The position numbers and the translations under genes were made by a program. Of a stretch of DNA of 64,000 bases, positions 49,196 to 63,955 are shown one piece after another (positions within the stretch are counted from its first letter, which is position 1; each line of letters starts with the position of its first letter). The notes beneath the pieces are model-generated. The model ran no database searches. It had not been told where the DNA came from and saw only the letters and a program-made list of their open reading frames with translations. The DNA is from Hypanus sabinus (lineage: Eukaryota): NCBI RefSeq assembly GCF_030144855.1, contig NC_082707.1:71176001-71240000 (forward strand), in the 5' to 3' direction.

Positions 49196-49834
49196 TTTTT
49201 GCTGAATTCTGATCTCAGGTGTATTGCATTGAAACTGTGCTTTGGCAGGGTATGTTTTTTCCAGAGTTATCAAGAGAATGAACCATCACTAGGCTCATTC
49301 ATGTGTTGTAACAACTAGGTCAGAAGAAAAATTGCTAGATACTAAGAAAAACTTATTTAAATTGTTGCATCTATTTAAAGCAATCTTCTTGATGTTTGTG
49401 CATGTGAGAATTCTTGAAGTAAAGGGACCGGGACATTTTTTAACAGTACTTTATAAAAGGACTGCAAATAATCACATGAACTACAAAAGGTGAGCAAACT
49501 TTGAACCATTAAACATTTTTCAACAATATCCTGAACTTTATTGATACCTTTCAAGTTTTGAATATTCAGGAAACCACATTAAAACTGCCCTGCTGTGTGT
49601 TTAACTGATAAAGTCTTGAAGTGTAGGATGTTAAGAGATTTAAAATGGAAAGTGAATTTCTGTTGGGCTTTTGCCTTAAATCTTAATCTTGTATGCTCTT
49701 AAGAGTTGTACCATGAAGGTAATTGATAACTCAAGTGTTTACAAATGCACAGAATAGACGTGGAACAATCATTTGAAATAAAAGTAGGTTTTTCAACACT
49801 ATCTTTAGAACTTGAAGAAGGCCTCCATGCAACC

Positions 49835-50247
49835 GGATTTGCTCTCCACTTGGCCTTGGATCACCTGGATAATAGTAATAGCTGTGTCAGGCTGGTGTTA
49901 ATTGACTACAACTCAGCATTCAACACAAACATGCCCTCATGCAACTCAGGACATGCTCTCTTCTCATTATTGCTATCAAGGAGACAGTAGAGGAAGCTGA
50001 AGACGCACATTCAATGTTTCAGGAATAGCTTCTTGTCCCCTCTGCAACCAGATTTATGAATGGATGACGAACCCCTGAAAACGAACCTGAGTATTTCTTT
50101 TACCTTTCTTCTGGGACTACTTACTTAATTTATATATATATATGTGTGTATTTATGTATTTATTGTAATTTATAGATTTTATAGTTATATATTGCAATAT
50201 GCTGCTGCCGCAAAACATCAAATTTCACAACTTATACCAGTGATTTT
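49835..50247 (+). mobile_element. Internally deleted Rex1-type LINE fragment
   Basis: LHLALDHLDNSNSCVRLVLIDYNSAFNT fused directly to the C-terminal GHALFSLLLSRR and the 3' UTR. Confidence 0.7.
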
Positions 50248-51597
50248 AAACCTGATCCTCGTTCTGAAGTGTGAGAGGATTAAAAAATGCATCAGAAAGT
50301 GCATTGTTTAATTAAAATTTGCTATTTTTGATTTTGACCTCAGAATTGTACTTAAACAATGTAATTGTCTGTAGTTTATTTGTGTAATTACTTTGGTGAA
50401 ATACATCATTCTTTAGCAAGCAAGTAATAGATTACAAATTATAAATTGCCATCTGGCATGTACAAAAATAGTATAAAGTTGAAAAGCTGAACTCTTAATA
50501 TTAATCTTAATGGGCTTTGAACACATATCAAAAGTGTCTTCCATCACAGGTGAATGCCTTTAATTAGACTGTGTGCTTAAAGGAAAATCTAAGGCACTTA
50601 CTGCACATTATGCTAATATGTGGTAAACGCCTTAGTTGGCAAAGCAATAGAAATACAATGGTCTGGCTCAGAGAAAAGTGGTAGCTTACCAATTAGCCAT
50701 AGAGAACAAGTACCTTGCATGGCCATAACCAAGGGTCCTTCAGTGTTAAACTTAAACTAAACTTTATTATAAAAGTATACACGTTCCCATGTACAATCTT
50801 GAGATTCAATTTTTGCATTTATTTACAAAAATCTTAACATAACTAAGATGACAAACAATGTGCAAAAGAAGACAAAGTAAAAATATGCAAATAAAAAAAT
50901 AATATGATTAAAATAATAAATATAATAATAAAATAATAAATAATAATAAAGATGAATTGTTAAAAGTCTTTGAAAGTGAGTCTGTAGGCTGAGTTGTGGT
51001 GAGTAAAATAATCCAGACTGGTTCAGGAGCTTGATGGTTAAAATGTGTTAAATGTTCCTGAACCTGGTGGGGTGGAGTCTAAGGTTTCTGTATCTCCTGC
51101 CTGATAGTAGCAGCAAGAAAAGAGAAAGGTCAAGGTTGAACTGGGATAGCTGGAACTACCTTCTGCATCTGCCACTTTCATATAGGGCAGTGATGTGGGA
51201 CACACCAGGATGTGGCCACAGAAGTGAATTGAGGTTTGCGATGTAAAGCTGGTGATGAATTAAATGATACCATCAGACAATCGGCTTTCCATAGAAATGA
51301 TTTTCAAAGAATTCAAAATAAATTCTCTCATTAGCTCAGTGCAATCTCTTTAATCATTAAGTTTGGTCTCAGCTATGATATAACTCAAAATTATTGTAGG
51401 CAGCTGTTATGACTGACGATGCCCAGGGCCTGATTCTGCATGGTTTGGATTTGTGGCCCAAAGCAAATTAAACCAATGATAAATCTTCCTAAATGGTTAA
51501 ATTTAGAGCTTGTGAACATTGAGCCATACATCTGGAATACCAAATTACTCATTTTTAGGTTGACTGCTGTGAGAAACTGAAGCAAGAAATACCAAGG

Positions 51598-52464
51598 TAG
51601 AAACATAGAAAATAGGTGCAGGAGTAGGCCATTTGGCCCTTCGAGCCTGCACCGCTGTTCAGTATGATCATGGCTGATCATCCAACTCAGAACCCTGTAC
51701 TTGCTTTCTTTACATACCCCCGATCCCCTTAGCCACAAGGGCCATATCTAACTCCCTCTTACATATAGCCAATGAACTGACTTCAACTGTTTCCTGTGGC
51801 AGAGCATTCCACAGATTCACCACTCTCTGTGTGAAGAAATTTTTCCTCATCTCGGTCCTAAAAGGCTTCCCCTTTATCCTCAAAACTGCGACTCCTCGTT
51901 CTGGACTTCCCCAACATCAGAAACAATCTTCCTGCATCTAGCCTATCCAATCCCTTTAGAATCTTATACGTTTCAATAAGATCCCTCTTCAATCTTCTAA
52001 ATTCCAGTGAGTATAAGCCTAGTCGATCCAGTCTTTCTTCATATGAAAGTCCTGCCATCTCAGGAATCAATCTGGTGAACCTTCTTTGTACTCCCTCTAT
52101 GGCAGAAAATGTCTTTCCTCAGATTAGGGGACCAAATCTGTACACAATACTCCAACTGTGGTCTCACCAAGGCCTTGTACAACTGCAGTAGAAACTCCCT
52201 GCTCCTGTACTCGAATCCTCTTGCTATGAATGCCAACATACTATTTGCCTTTTTCACCGCCTGCTGTACCTGCATGCCGACTTTCAATGACTGGTGTACA
52301 ATGACACCCAGGTCTCATTGCACCTCCCCTTTTCCTAATCGGCCACCATTCAGATAATAATCTGTTTTCCTGTTCTGGCAACCAAAGTGGATAACCTCAC
52401 ATTTATCCATATTAGATTGCATCTGCCATGAATTTGCTCACTCACCTAACCTATCCAAGTCACC
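51598..52464 (-). mobile_element. 5'-truncated CR1 LINE, same subfamily as 15192-16211
   Basis: Minus-strand ORFs KKANSMLAFIARG...LEYCVQIWSP and GLSYEERLDRLGLYSLE; same tail CTATGTTTCTA. Confidence 0.95.
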
Positions 52465-53100
52465 AGAAGGCATTTGATAAAGTGCACCATCAAAAGTTAT
52501 TGCAGAAAAACAAAGCTTATGGTGTTGGAAGTAACATTTTGGCATTGATAGACTGGTGAGCAAGAAGTAGAAGAGGCACAAGTTGGTCTTTTATCTAGCA
52601 GTCAAATGTAACATGTGTTGTAGCATCATGTTCGGCCTACATCTCTATAAATGATAATAGTTACACAACATATGATTGCTAAATTTGCAGATGACACTAA
52701 CAAATGTGGTCAAGTTAACTGTGAGGAGAATGTATTTGTGAATATCAATGCAGATAGGTGAAATGTGTGGGCAAAAATCTGGCAAATGAAGAATAATGTG
52801 GGAACATTCAAAATTGTCCCACATTTTGGCAGCAAAATAAGGGACAAGTATCTTCTCAATCATGAGAGTGCTGAGCTTTCTGAGGAATCTGTGTGCATGA
52901 TTTATATAAAAAAAGCAAGTAATTAGGAAAGCTAACAGAATAATATTTATTGTAAAGGGAATTGAATTTAAGCGTTGAAGGTTATGTTCTATTGAATGAG
53001 GGCATTGTTGAGATAGCTGGAGCACTGTGCATAATATTGTATCTTTATTTAAGGAAGGTTGTTAATAGATTAGAATCAATTCAGACAAGGTCTACGAGAC
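52465..53100 (+). mobile_element. Old degenerate CR1 RT fragment
   Basis: AAGGCATTTGATAAAGTG (KAFDKV), AAATTTGCAGATGACACTAA (KFADDT) and AAAGCTAACAGAATA. Confidence 0.7.
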
Positions 53101-54680
53101 TAAAGCTTTCTTTATATTTCCTTCCCAGTGTCGTTATTGAAATAAGTATGTAATTTTGTCCTAGAAATCAAAAGGAAATGAACAAGGATGGACATCAAAT
53201 TTCTACTTTATTTTTACAGCAGCAAGGCATGGCTAAACACATGTTATTATATTTTGAATGATGTATTCAATTAACAGTACAGGAAATAACAGGAAATAAT
53301 AATAATGTTACTTAATTGAAAGCAATGAAAGTGTAATTATTATTTAAAGCAAGTTTAGATTTGTATTTATTTGTACCATTGTTTCAAATGGGTGGTAGTA
53401 TTTTTAATAAAAGATAAACTAACACAAATATAAGTTGTTTAATGAAAAAGTCTGAGCTACTTTACATCACAGTAATTGTGAATAATTAAATGTTTACCAT
53501 TCTGAATATAAAAACAGGTTTCAAGACCAGGTTTGTTGGATGGCTAAGGTTATTATACAGTAGTTATAACCAGTGAGTCATTATGCTGTGAAGTACATTT
53601 TCCTATAAAGTTGGCATCCAAGACCATTCCTCTAAATGGTTATGACCATTTGGCAATAGACACTGGCAGACTGTAAAGACTAGATTTTGAGGACACTGAA
53701 AATTTTGAGCATTGCATACAAATTGCTGGAAGAAGTCAATGAAGTCAGACAACATTTATGGAGGGGAATAAACAGTCAACTGGATGAAGGTGACATGGAC
53801 CTTAAGTGGGGAAAATAGTTCTAACACTAAAGAAGCAAATTAAACTAATGTAAGGAACCAAATAATCCATGTATTTTAATCATAACTATAATTAGAGTTT
53901 TGGAAATTATTTCAAAGTATTACTTCACACAGCTGTAGCTATGTCCTCAACAGACTGCATTTTTATTTATTTTTATCCTGCTGCTTTAGATATCATCTTG
54001 TTTGTGAGGTCAGCTGGTTTAACTGTAGCTGCAAAGCACAAACAGTCCAACTATGTATGTGAAAACTGTAAGGTTTGCTTCTTGGAATGTCTAAAGGCAA
54101 ATCTCTTGCTTAATTATTTGGCCTCTTTGCACTACTTTATGGAGTGGGGCCATCAAACTCTGTAACAAATCCCAACCTAATGTTCAGTTATAGAATGGGG
54201 CCCTTGCTGCTAATTTTGGTGGTCCTCCTTTTCCTGACCGGAATATGGGGCACTCATCCAACTGTGAATTTGCTAGATGCCACTGTTTCCAACATGCCAT
54301 TGACTTAGTGTTCATACAAGTATTTCTCAGTCAATACCTATGGTATGCCTGGATTCTCTAGATTATTATGGTGTCATTCAAAGCTGAGGTTATAGAGTTG
54401 TATAGCATGGAGAGATGTCCTTCAGTGAGCCAGTCCATACCAACCATCCAACAGGCTATCTTAAACTAATTCTATCTTTTTACCACTACATTCCCTTTAC
54501 CTCTCCCCTGACTCTATCACTTGCCTACATACCACAAACAATTTATAGTGACTGGTGGATTGACATGTCTCCATATCTTTAGCATGTGATAGGAAAATGG
54601 AGCACCTGGGGAATGCAGTCACAGACATGACATGCAAACCCCACATATGCAGCACCTGAGGTCAGAGTTCAATCCACGCA

Positions 54681-55552
54681 GATACATAGATAGGTAGATA
54701 CTTTATTGATCCGAGATAACATTTCAGTGTCATAGTAGCATTACAAGTGCACAGATATACAAATTTTAAATGAGAAGTAAGAAAGAATGAAAAATAAGTT
54801 ACCTCAAACAGTCTGAGAGGAGGGAGTCATCACTTCCCTGGCTAGAGGTTGACTCATATAGAGCCTAATGGCCAAGGGTGAGAATGACCTCATATAATGC
54901 TCTTTGGAGCAATGCAGTTGTCTTAGTCTGTTACAGAAAGTGCTCCTCTGTTCAACCAGGGTGGCATGTAGAGGATGAGAAACATTGTCCAAAATTGCCA
55001 GGTTTTTCCAAAGGGTCCTTTGTTCTACCACAGCCTCCAGTGTGTCCAGTTTGATGCCTGTAACAGGGCCAGCCTTTCAAATCAGTTTATTGAGTGTGTT
55101 AACATCACCCGCGTTGATACCATTGCCCTATCACACCACTGCATGGAAGATTGTACTGGCGTCAAAAGAATTGTAGAACATGTGAAGAAGAGGCCTGCAT
55201 ACTCCAAAGGACCTCAGTCTCCTCAGGAAGTAAAAGCGACTCTGACCCTTCTTGTACACAGCCTCTGTGTTGGTGCTCCACTCAAGTCTGTCATCCAGGT
55301 GCACCCCCAGGTACTTGTAGGTCCTCACCACATCCATGTCCACACTATCAACAGTAATAGAGCAGTGCAGGTGTAGTCTTCCTAAAGTCCATCTCTTTTG
55401 TCTTACTGACGTTGAGCTACAGATGATTCAGTTGCACCATTTGACAAAGTCCTCCACCAGGGCCCTGTGTTCATCCTCCCGTCCTCCCTTTATACAATCA
55501 ACTATTGCTGAGTCATCAGAGCATTTCTGTAGATGACATGACTTGATGTTGT
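54681..55552 (-). mobile_element. Rex1/Babar LINE 3' fragment nested in a SINE remnant (54390-54680, 55553-55590)
   Basis: VVRTYKYLGVHLDDRLEWSTNTEAVYKKGQSRFYFLRRLRSF; ILDNVSHPLH; (TATC)n tail. Confidence 0.9.
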
Positions 55553-57687
55553 ATAGACTGGAACTGTGAGACAGTAGCTCTACAAAACCCCATCACATTC
55601 ACAGCCTCACCTCATTCTGTTAATTTAGATTTTTCTATTTTCTGATTAGCCTTTGTTGTACCTCCAGTAGCTTTCTGTTCCATTACCCAGTATAATAGCT
55701 CATTTAATAAAGATTAAATAAAGTTGCCTAGAAAATCAAAGGGCACAGTCAAGAAACTGCTAAAGTGCACCATATAATAGATTTTATTGTACATAATTAT
55801 TAAGTTGAAGCAGTTGTATCCTTACTAGTATATCGTTCTAGACCAGTATTTAATCAATAGTCCAACAGTATTCATTAGTCTAATTTGGAATTGAGAGCTT
55901 TTCAATTATGTGATACTGTCAGTTATAACAATGCTGCAGATTACAGTGAATTAACAATAAATGGTAGAATTAGTAAAATGTAAAGAAATTCTGATAAAGA
56001 TCAAAGGTGTTGGAACTTTTTTGCATTTCACATTGATGTGAGTTGTTCTGTAGTGAGAAGCACTATACATTCAGAGAACACTGTAACCACACAAGATGAG
56101 TTGTTTGCTAAATTGCTGTCTTCCATTGGCTTACCATCTCTAGGAAGGAAGGATGGGAAATTTATGCTGAAAAGAGTGCAGATATTTACAGCTCTGGACT
56201 CTCCTATGATGAAGGAGCAACAGTCTCAGGTGTGGCAACAGTTCAATGGTTTTAAGCAGCACCTATGAAGATACTGTTAAAGGAAGTCAGAAAGGTCAGT
56301 CTGTGAATGTCCACGTGGAGCTAGTACATGTAATTTGGAAGGAAGAAGCAAGTGCACATTTTTTAGTTAATTGTTTCTGACTTCAGAAAAGGTCAAGGCC
56401 ATCACTTAATGGCCATTCCTAATACCCCCTGAACTGAGTGACTTGTTAGGTTATTTTGGAGGGTATTTAGGATTCAACTATGTTCATGGGCCAGCAGTCC
56501 CATACAGAGAATCATGTAAGAGTAGAAGATTTCTCCCCAAAGAGAATTGGTGAATAAGATGGACCATAGAACTGTGCAGTACAAGAACAGTCCCTTTGGC
56601 CCACAGCGTCTGTGCCGGGTACAGTATCAATCTGAAGTAATCCCATCTGCCCGAGCAAGGTCCATATCATGCTATTCCAGGCAGGTCAAATGTGGAATAG
56701 ATGTTCCATCTAAGATCCCCTCCTGAGATCTTCACCATCATGGAAGCCAGTTTTTAATGGTAATCTGATAGATTTGTACTTTTCAATATAAATCAGCGCT
56801 TGAACCTTTTCCAGGTGTAATAACTAAATTTAAATTCTGTGGATACCAAGGAGGAACTGGGTTCTTCCTATGATCCCATAGGTTACCAGGCCAGTACTTT
56901 TCCATGGGGGCCACAGGAATATGAAATTTGGGGCAGAAGTATTGGAAAATATATGGGATTTTATCAAACTGACAAAATTAATGAAGTGAGACCTCAATCT
57001 ATTTCAGATTTGCTGAGGTGCTTTTACATAGTATTGTCTCATGCTATGTAAACTGTAGTATATAATTTTACTTACCTTATTTCCACGGTTAGCTAAGGGC
57101 CTTCCAGTATCTCGCAAGATGAGGTTAGCAACTCTATGACTATCGGATGTAGTCGAGATAAGAGCCACTTCTTTTCCTTGAACTGTTGTTATAATAACCT
57201 CATTAGCAACGCCACCACAGTATTTAACCCTTGGGGAAACAACATTTCCACTTGCCAGGTATTTATAAGAGGCCCACTGCTACTGTCTGAGGGTGAAGAT
57301 ACAGCAGATTTTATTTGTATAGTACCTTTAAGGGAGCAAAAAAATCTCAACTACCGCAAGGATTTTATCATTTCTCTTTTAATGATGCTGAGCCAACTGA
57401 GGTAAAAGAGTAGCTGATCAAGAGGTTATGGAGAAGATATTTTAAACAACATTTCCAAGAGTGAAGAGAGGTAGAGATTTCCAAGGATGTTCAGTAATGC
57501 AGAAGCAGAGGAGATCTCTTGGCCAATGAAATTGTAGAGATACAGTGAAAATAGGGATGAGAACTTTCAAATGGTTGTGTTGATTAATAAAAAACACAGT
57601 GAGGATGATAGGGGTAACTCCACTTTTGATCTCTACCAGAAGGAAGGAAGACCAGGAGTGGCTTGGAATAGTCAAGTTCCAGCAATA

Positions 57688-58236
57688 CACTCAATGCTCA
57701 CTTTATTAGGTACGCCTGCACTCCAGATCATTCATGCCAAACATGTCGCAGCAAATCAATGCAAAGTCAGGAGGATCAGCGGTTGTTCAGACAAAACATC
57801 AGAATGGGGAAAAATGTAATCTAAGTGACTTTGACCATGGAATCATAGTTGGTGCTAGATGGGGTGGTTTGAGTATCTCAAGAACTGCTGATCTCCTGGG
57901 ATTTTCATGCTTAATGATATCTTACGTTTACAAAGAATGATGCAGAATATAAAGCAAATAACAATCCACAGAGTGGCAGTTATGTGGGCAAAAATGTCTT
58001 GTTAATGAGAGAGGTCAGAGGGGAGTGGCCATGATGGATCAAGCTGACAGGTGATAGTATCTCAAATAACCATGTATTACAACAGTGCTGTAGAAAGGAG
58101 CAGAAGAAGAACATCTCTGAACAGACAGCAGGTCAAACCTTGAAGTGGATGGTCTACAGAGCAGAAGACCACAAACATACCTTCATTGGCCACTTGATCA
58201 GGTACAGGAGGTATCTACTGAAGTGACCACTGAATG
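57688..58236 (+). mobile_element. Non-autonomous Tc1-family DNA transposon with transposase N-terminal (HTH) remnant
   Basis: TA-flanked degenerate TIRs CACTCAATGCTCACTTTATTAGGTAC and GTATCTACTGAAGTGACCACTGAATG; LSDFDHGIIVGARWGGLSISRTADLLGFS. Confidence 0.85.
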
Positions 58237-61200
58237 TAGGAAATGAGAGTTTCAGCTGCAGATGAGTTGAGGCAGTGATGTAGGTAGACATTAATCTGAA
58301 GGTGGAACTGCTGTTGGCTCGGAAGCTAAAATTGCTTGTGGAAATGAGCGTTAGGGACCTGAAAAGCAAGCTACTTTGTGGAGTAGAGGAAACTACTGCT
58401 GTCAGTAGCTTGAGAGTATGGGATCTCAGCTTTTTTAAGCTCTATTGTTAAGAATGTTTAAAAATGATTATGAAGTACAGATTGAATGGGGATACTGTCT
58501 CAATGCATGTAGCTGGTTGGTTGAAGAGCCCACAGCATGTTGCACAAAGTATCTCATAATGCTTTGTGAATATGACAAGAAGCAAATAAGAACTTTTCAG
58601 ATCAATAATAGCCACCAGAGTCTCTGTGAATACAAATAGCAGAACAGCACCGTCAATTCAGAGGAGCTGATCTGAAATAATGGGACAGAAATGTCATCAT
58701 ATGATAACACTTTTCGGCCTGTATCAGCTGGTTCTAAACAAAGGCTGCAAACATCACAGTCAGTCGTGAGACTCCAGTTCTGTCTCATTTTAAATCCTTG
58801 CAGGAGTGAATGCCAGACGTATAAATACAGTACTCCTGCTATTACTAATGTAATCTGCCAAATTCTAATTCCTGTGGGGGTATCAGCTACCATGCAGTAA
58901 CAGTCCCTGGGTCTCTGAAGCCAAAAGGGTTCTTTCTAATCTGCCGATCTGTCTCATTCAGCGCAAGCCTCTGCCATTTACTCATTCACCTCTAATTTAT
59001 AATTCAGAAATAAAACTACTCACAGTAGGATATGCATAGTCAGTGTGCTAAGCAATTCTTTGAGCAAAACTAATTAAAATAACAACCAAGAATTGTCCCT
59101 TTGTTTTCAGTTCTTTACAGATTGCCCTGCAGAAAAATAGATGTAACACTGTTTCCACATTTTAAGGATTTTTTTATATATAGTATATAGTTTTAAGGGT
59201 GGAAAACCTGGGGAAATGGTCAAAAGGATTGTTTGCACCCAATAAAATGCCTACCATTTTCAGCAGACCTTGAAGGGGTTTACAATTCCGTAGGAAGAAA
59301 ATGCAGTTACAATATTTTGGTGCAAATTTAGGAGAGTAGTTTAAAGATCTTAATATTCTCCTCTTATTACCATAATTGTCCTAAAATTGATAGTAACACA
59401 AGAAATTTATCTCATTGAGATTAAATTAGACATGGGATATTCTTATCTGCTCGGTCTTCAGTAGTCGGGGGGATTATACTGATCCATTACAAGCTGTATA
59501 TATTTGACTATATCCATTTTTAACCTAGGCACTTTAAATGTCTCATTGGAATTCAGACCAGCTGTAAAAACAGAGCACTATTGTGAATTTAGCAATAATA
59601 GTTGAGATGAGCCAGGTTAAATTAATTTGTGGAGCATTAAATTTATTAAAAAAGGTAAAATTTTGCATAATTGAATTTGCATCATGCCAGAATTTAGAAA
59701 TTGTCATAATGAGATCCCATTATATAAATTGCTTCGTTTTTTTACAGGACAGCTGTCCATGTTTGTTATGATGTGCTTTAATTTTGTAACTGTATCATCA
59801 CAGAAATTCATAATTATAACTTTGCTGTTTTATAACCAGCTCTATTCTTAAATCAGTACAAATGTTAAGTGTTATTGCACTGCTAAAGGAGTGAATGGGA
59901 CTTCTATAGAACTGTCATGTATGGTCCCATGTACACCTAGATTGTGATTGATTCTTCTATAGCTGTTCCTGGCTGCTTGAACAAAGATAATGGAAAAAGA
60001 CATCTTTTCAATTGAATGGTGGTACGTTAATAAAATAGTAAACCAAGGTATGGGAATTCTGTTGACTACAATTTAGGTGCAACTAGATTTAATCTCTTCA
60101 GTGTTAGGATGTTGTTATTTCACCATTGTGATCAGTAGATGACAAACCTTGGCACAATTCCAAGCTAGCTACTGTATGTAAAGAATGTGTTTTTGCTGCT
60201 AAAGATATCCAGCCCAGTCCTGCTTCTAAAAAGACACACAAAAGCTCAGCCCTAAGATCAGAAAAGTGACAATTTTTCATTGTGAATGAGAAGATGAGCA
60301 CTGAGCAATTGTTTGGCCTATTGTGTCCTTTTTATTAATACATTCATTTTTAAAATTCTGCCATTCTTCTTGTGGATGTTGCTGGGAGCCCATAATTTAC
60401 TGATCATCTTATTTGCCCTTTAAGGTGGAAGAAGACATTTTCTAAGCTGTTACAAATCATCCGGTAATGGTCATTGTACAGTTCCACTGGTTAGGAAGTT
60501 CAAGTGACCATGAAGGAATGTTGATGTATTTCCAAGTCAGTCTAGTGAAAAGTCATAAAGAAGCAAGAAGAGGAACACCTATTAATCATGTCTTCCCCTT
60601 CATTATCTGATATGAACTATAAATTTAGCATAAACCAGAATAAGGAGTCTACATCTAAAATTGAATACTACACTTGGTTAGTGAGCTAAATGTAGTCCGT
60701 GTAGAAACAAATGAAACTCCTGCTGTGGTGAGTTTCATCTAGAACCATGCCATAAAAGGGACTTGCCTGATCCAGTTTAATACAGCTGGTGTTTGGTTGG
60801 GAGCAATCATAGATCAGCATTAGCCACTGCTGATGGTGGACCTCCCCCCGCCATCAGCAGGACAACAGAACAGACTTTATGGCTGCCGTGGAGAAGAGAG
60901 GTCAAAAGGAAAAGGGAGAAAACTCAGATTTTTACTCAGATGGTCATAAGCCAGCTATTAGTACTCCAAGTTGAGTTGGCGGTTATGAACCACCAATATT
61001 GGTGGGTTTGGACTGCATGTAAGCCAGGTAAAAATGATCCTCACTCCCTGAAGGACATTACTGTACCACATAGGATGTATGAAAATCATATATTATGCTT
61101 CATGAGAAAAGGCTTTTCAGGTATGTTGTTTTCTTTATATTCATTCTTGCAACTTTGGTGACTATATAATGACCTCATTTATTGTCCATTCATACTTGAG

Positions 61201-62509
61201 AGTGAAGATAGTCCTCCTCAAGCTGCTGGCTGGTCTGTAATTGAACCAGGCATGAATTAAAGTATGATAATCATATATTTTCACCAAACTGCACCATGAC
61301 TTCCACAGTGGAACACTACAGGGATAGATGAAATTTCGCTCATTGTAATTGTTGGTACTATAAACAATCCTGGACATAGACTGTGTCTGCCACTGTCTTC
61401 TGAACGTAGATAATCCAAATCTAATTGGAACAACAACAGGCTGAATCAAAGCAATTATTTAAAAATCATAGTCTATAAGTTAATTGAACATAATTCTCTG
61501 CATTTTATCCTGAGTAATACTTTAAAGAGAACTTTGCTGAACTGGCATATTTTACTTGTTGCATGCCAGTTACAAAAAAATCCTTCCCTGGTGCCAAGGG
61601 GTAGAGCAAATTACATATGGAGATTCTTTGCCATTTGAAAGTGAGAATAATCATTTTGGAATCATCAACCATGCAGTTTAAAATCCAACACGCAGAAATA
61701 TTTTTCTGCATTGATATACATCCATCTGTAAGCCTTGGATTTTAGATTGCCTACAACTTGTGATCCTTACTTTTGATTGACTTGCTTCTAGGCAAGTGAA
61801 ATGGCTGAAAATATTATGCAAGTATACTGCCACATCAGTGGTGGCTCTGGGAATCATTTTCCCTCACAGTTGCAACACAATTTCTATCTATCAAAATAAT
61901 ACACAGTAAACATTTTTGAATAGAAAATGTGCAGAATTCCTGCATATATGTATATGTACAGGTGTATGATTACAAATTGGAATTAAGAATGCAATTTACT
62001 GTTCATTGATTGAACATCACAAAATTAAAGAGGATTTATGAGATTGGGAATGAACTGGCCAATATGCTGCCCACTAAACACAGTCTTATAATTGTCCTGT
62101 GAAATGAACTTGTGAACAGAAGGTGACCTCTGGGTAAATGAATTCCAGTTCCTTAGCAATCAATAAATATTAATATGAAAGTACTTGTAAATTAGAAGAA
62201 GATGTAACTGTTGAAAATGAATCTGCTGCACATTCTTTTTCTCAGGCTTTCGTGTCTTGTAAACTGACTTCAACAATTGTTTGTTAAGACCATATGAGCA
62301 TTGCAGAATAGTAACTGAGGACAGTAGCAGAGATGAGATCTAGTGCACAGAAAACAGTACAACCATTAAACAGCATGTAAAGAAGATTTGGTTTATATGA
62401 TTTTGTGTCTGTACTTCAAATGTACCTGAGTTTTCTGTAAAGACCTTCGGACACCCCAAGGCTGTGAACAAACACTCTGCACTGAAAGTTGTTCTCCCAT
62501 ATTAGCACA

Positions 62510-63955
62510 TTGGTATTTAGTATAGTTACATGTACCAAGAAACAGTGAAAAGCTCATTTTACACACTGTTCATACAAATCAAGTCATTGCATGGTGCACT
62601 AAGGTACAGCAGAACAAGGTAAACCAGTAACAGTGCAGAATAAAGTGTAAACATTGCAACAGTGCAGTGCAGGAACCAATAAAGTGCAAGGTCATAATGA
62701 GGTAGATTGTGAAGACAACATTTCCACTTATTGTACAAAAGGTCTATTCAAGAGTTTAGAGGCTGTCCTTGAACCGGGTGGTACATGCTTCAAGGCTTTT
62801 GTGCCTTTTGCCTCATGGGAGAGGAGAGAAGAGAGAGTGGGTAAGGTTTTCAATTGTATTGGCTGCTCTACTGAGGCATTGAGAAGTATTGATAGAGTCT
62901 ATAGAAGGGAAACTGTTTTCTGTGATGTGCTAACCTGTGTCTACAACCCTCTGCAGTTTATAGCAGTCATGTGCAGAGAAGTTGACCTATTAAGCTGTTA
63001 CACATCCACATAGAATGCTTCCTGTGGTACATTGATAAAGATGGGTTAGGGTCAATGGGAACATACCAAACTTCTGTAGCCTCCTGAGGAAGTAGTAGCA
63101 TTGGTGAACTTTCTTAACCGTGGTTTGATCAGGACAAGGTTTTGGTGATGTTCACTCCTCAGAACATGAAGCTCTGAATCCTCACAACCTCAACACCATT
63201 GAGGTAGACAGCAGTTTGTGCACCATCTCCCTGTCCTGTAGTCAATGCCCAACTTTTTTATTTGGCTGACGTTGTGGGAAGAGTTGTTGCCATGACACCA
63301 TATTACAAAGCCCCCTCTCTACTTCCTGTCCTCCATCTCGTTGTTATTTGAGATACAACCGACTAGTGGTATTATCTGCAAACATGTAGATTTTGGAGCA
63401 GAATATGGCCACATGGTTGTGAATGTCGAAGGATTAGAGTGGGGAGCTGAGGACACATCCTTATGGAGCAACAATGTTTAGAATCATCATGGCTGTGGTG
63501 TTTCTAACTAGCCTTATTGACTGTGGTCTGTTAGTCAAGAGATCAAGGATCCAGTTGCAAAGGGAAGCATTTACTCCCAGGGTCTGGAGTTTGGTGATAA
63601 GATTGCTTGGAATTATAGTATTGAAAGCAGAGCTGTAGTCAATAAACAGTAATCTGATGTAGGTGTCTTTACTGTCCAGATGCTCGATAGTGAGGTGTAG
63701 GGCCAGGAAGATGGAGTTTGCTGTAGACCTGATTTGGTGGTAGGTGACTTAAAATGGGCCAAGGATGTCTGGAAGGCAGCAGTTGATGCATACCAAGATC
63801 GGCCTTTTGAAGCAATCTATAATGGTAAATGACAAAGCCACTGAGCAGTGGTTGTTACGGCACATTATCTTATTTATCTTGTGTATGGCATGTTATTGGT
63901 TGGTTTAAAGCAGGAGGGAACCCACAACCAGAAGCAGGGAGAGGTTAAAAATGTT
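62510..63955 (-). mobile_element. Degenerate Rex1/Babar LINE (RT to 3' end)
   Basis: Minus strand [55 protein letters not shown] and YMFADNT (decayed FADD). Confidence 0.85.

Noticed and set aside
60793-61449. Convergent 122-aa and 95-aa ORFs
   Set aside because: Non-ATG starts, no recognisable domains, and lengths expected by chance.
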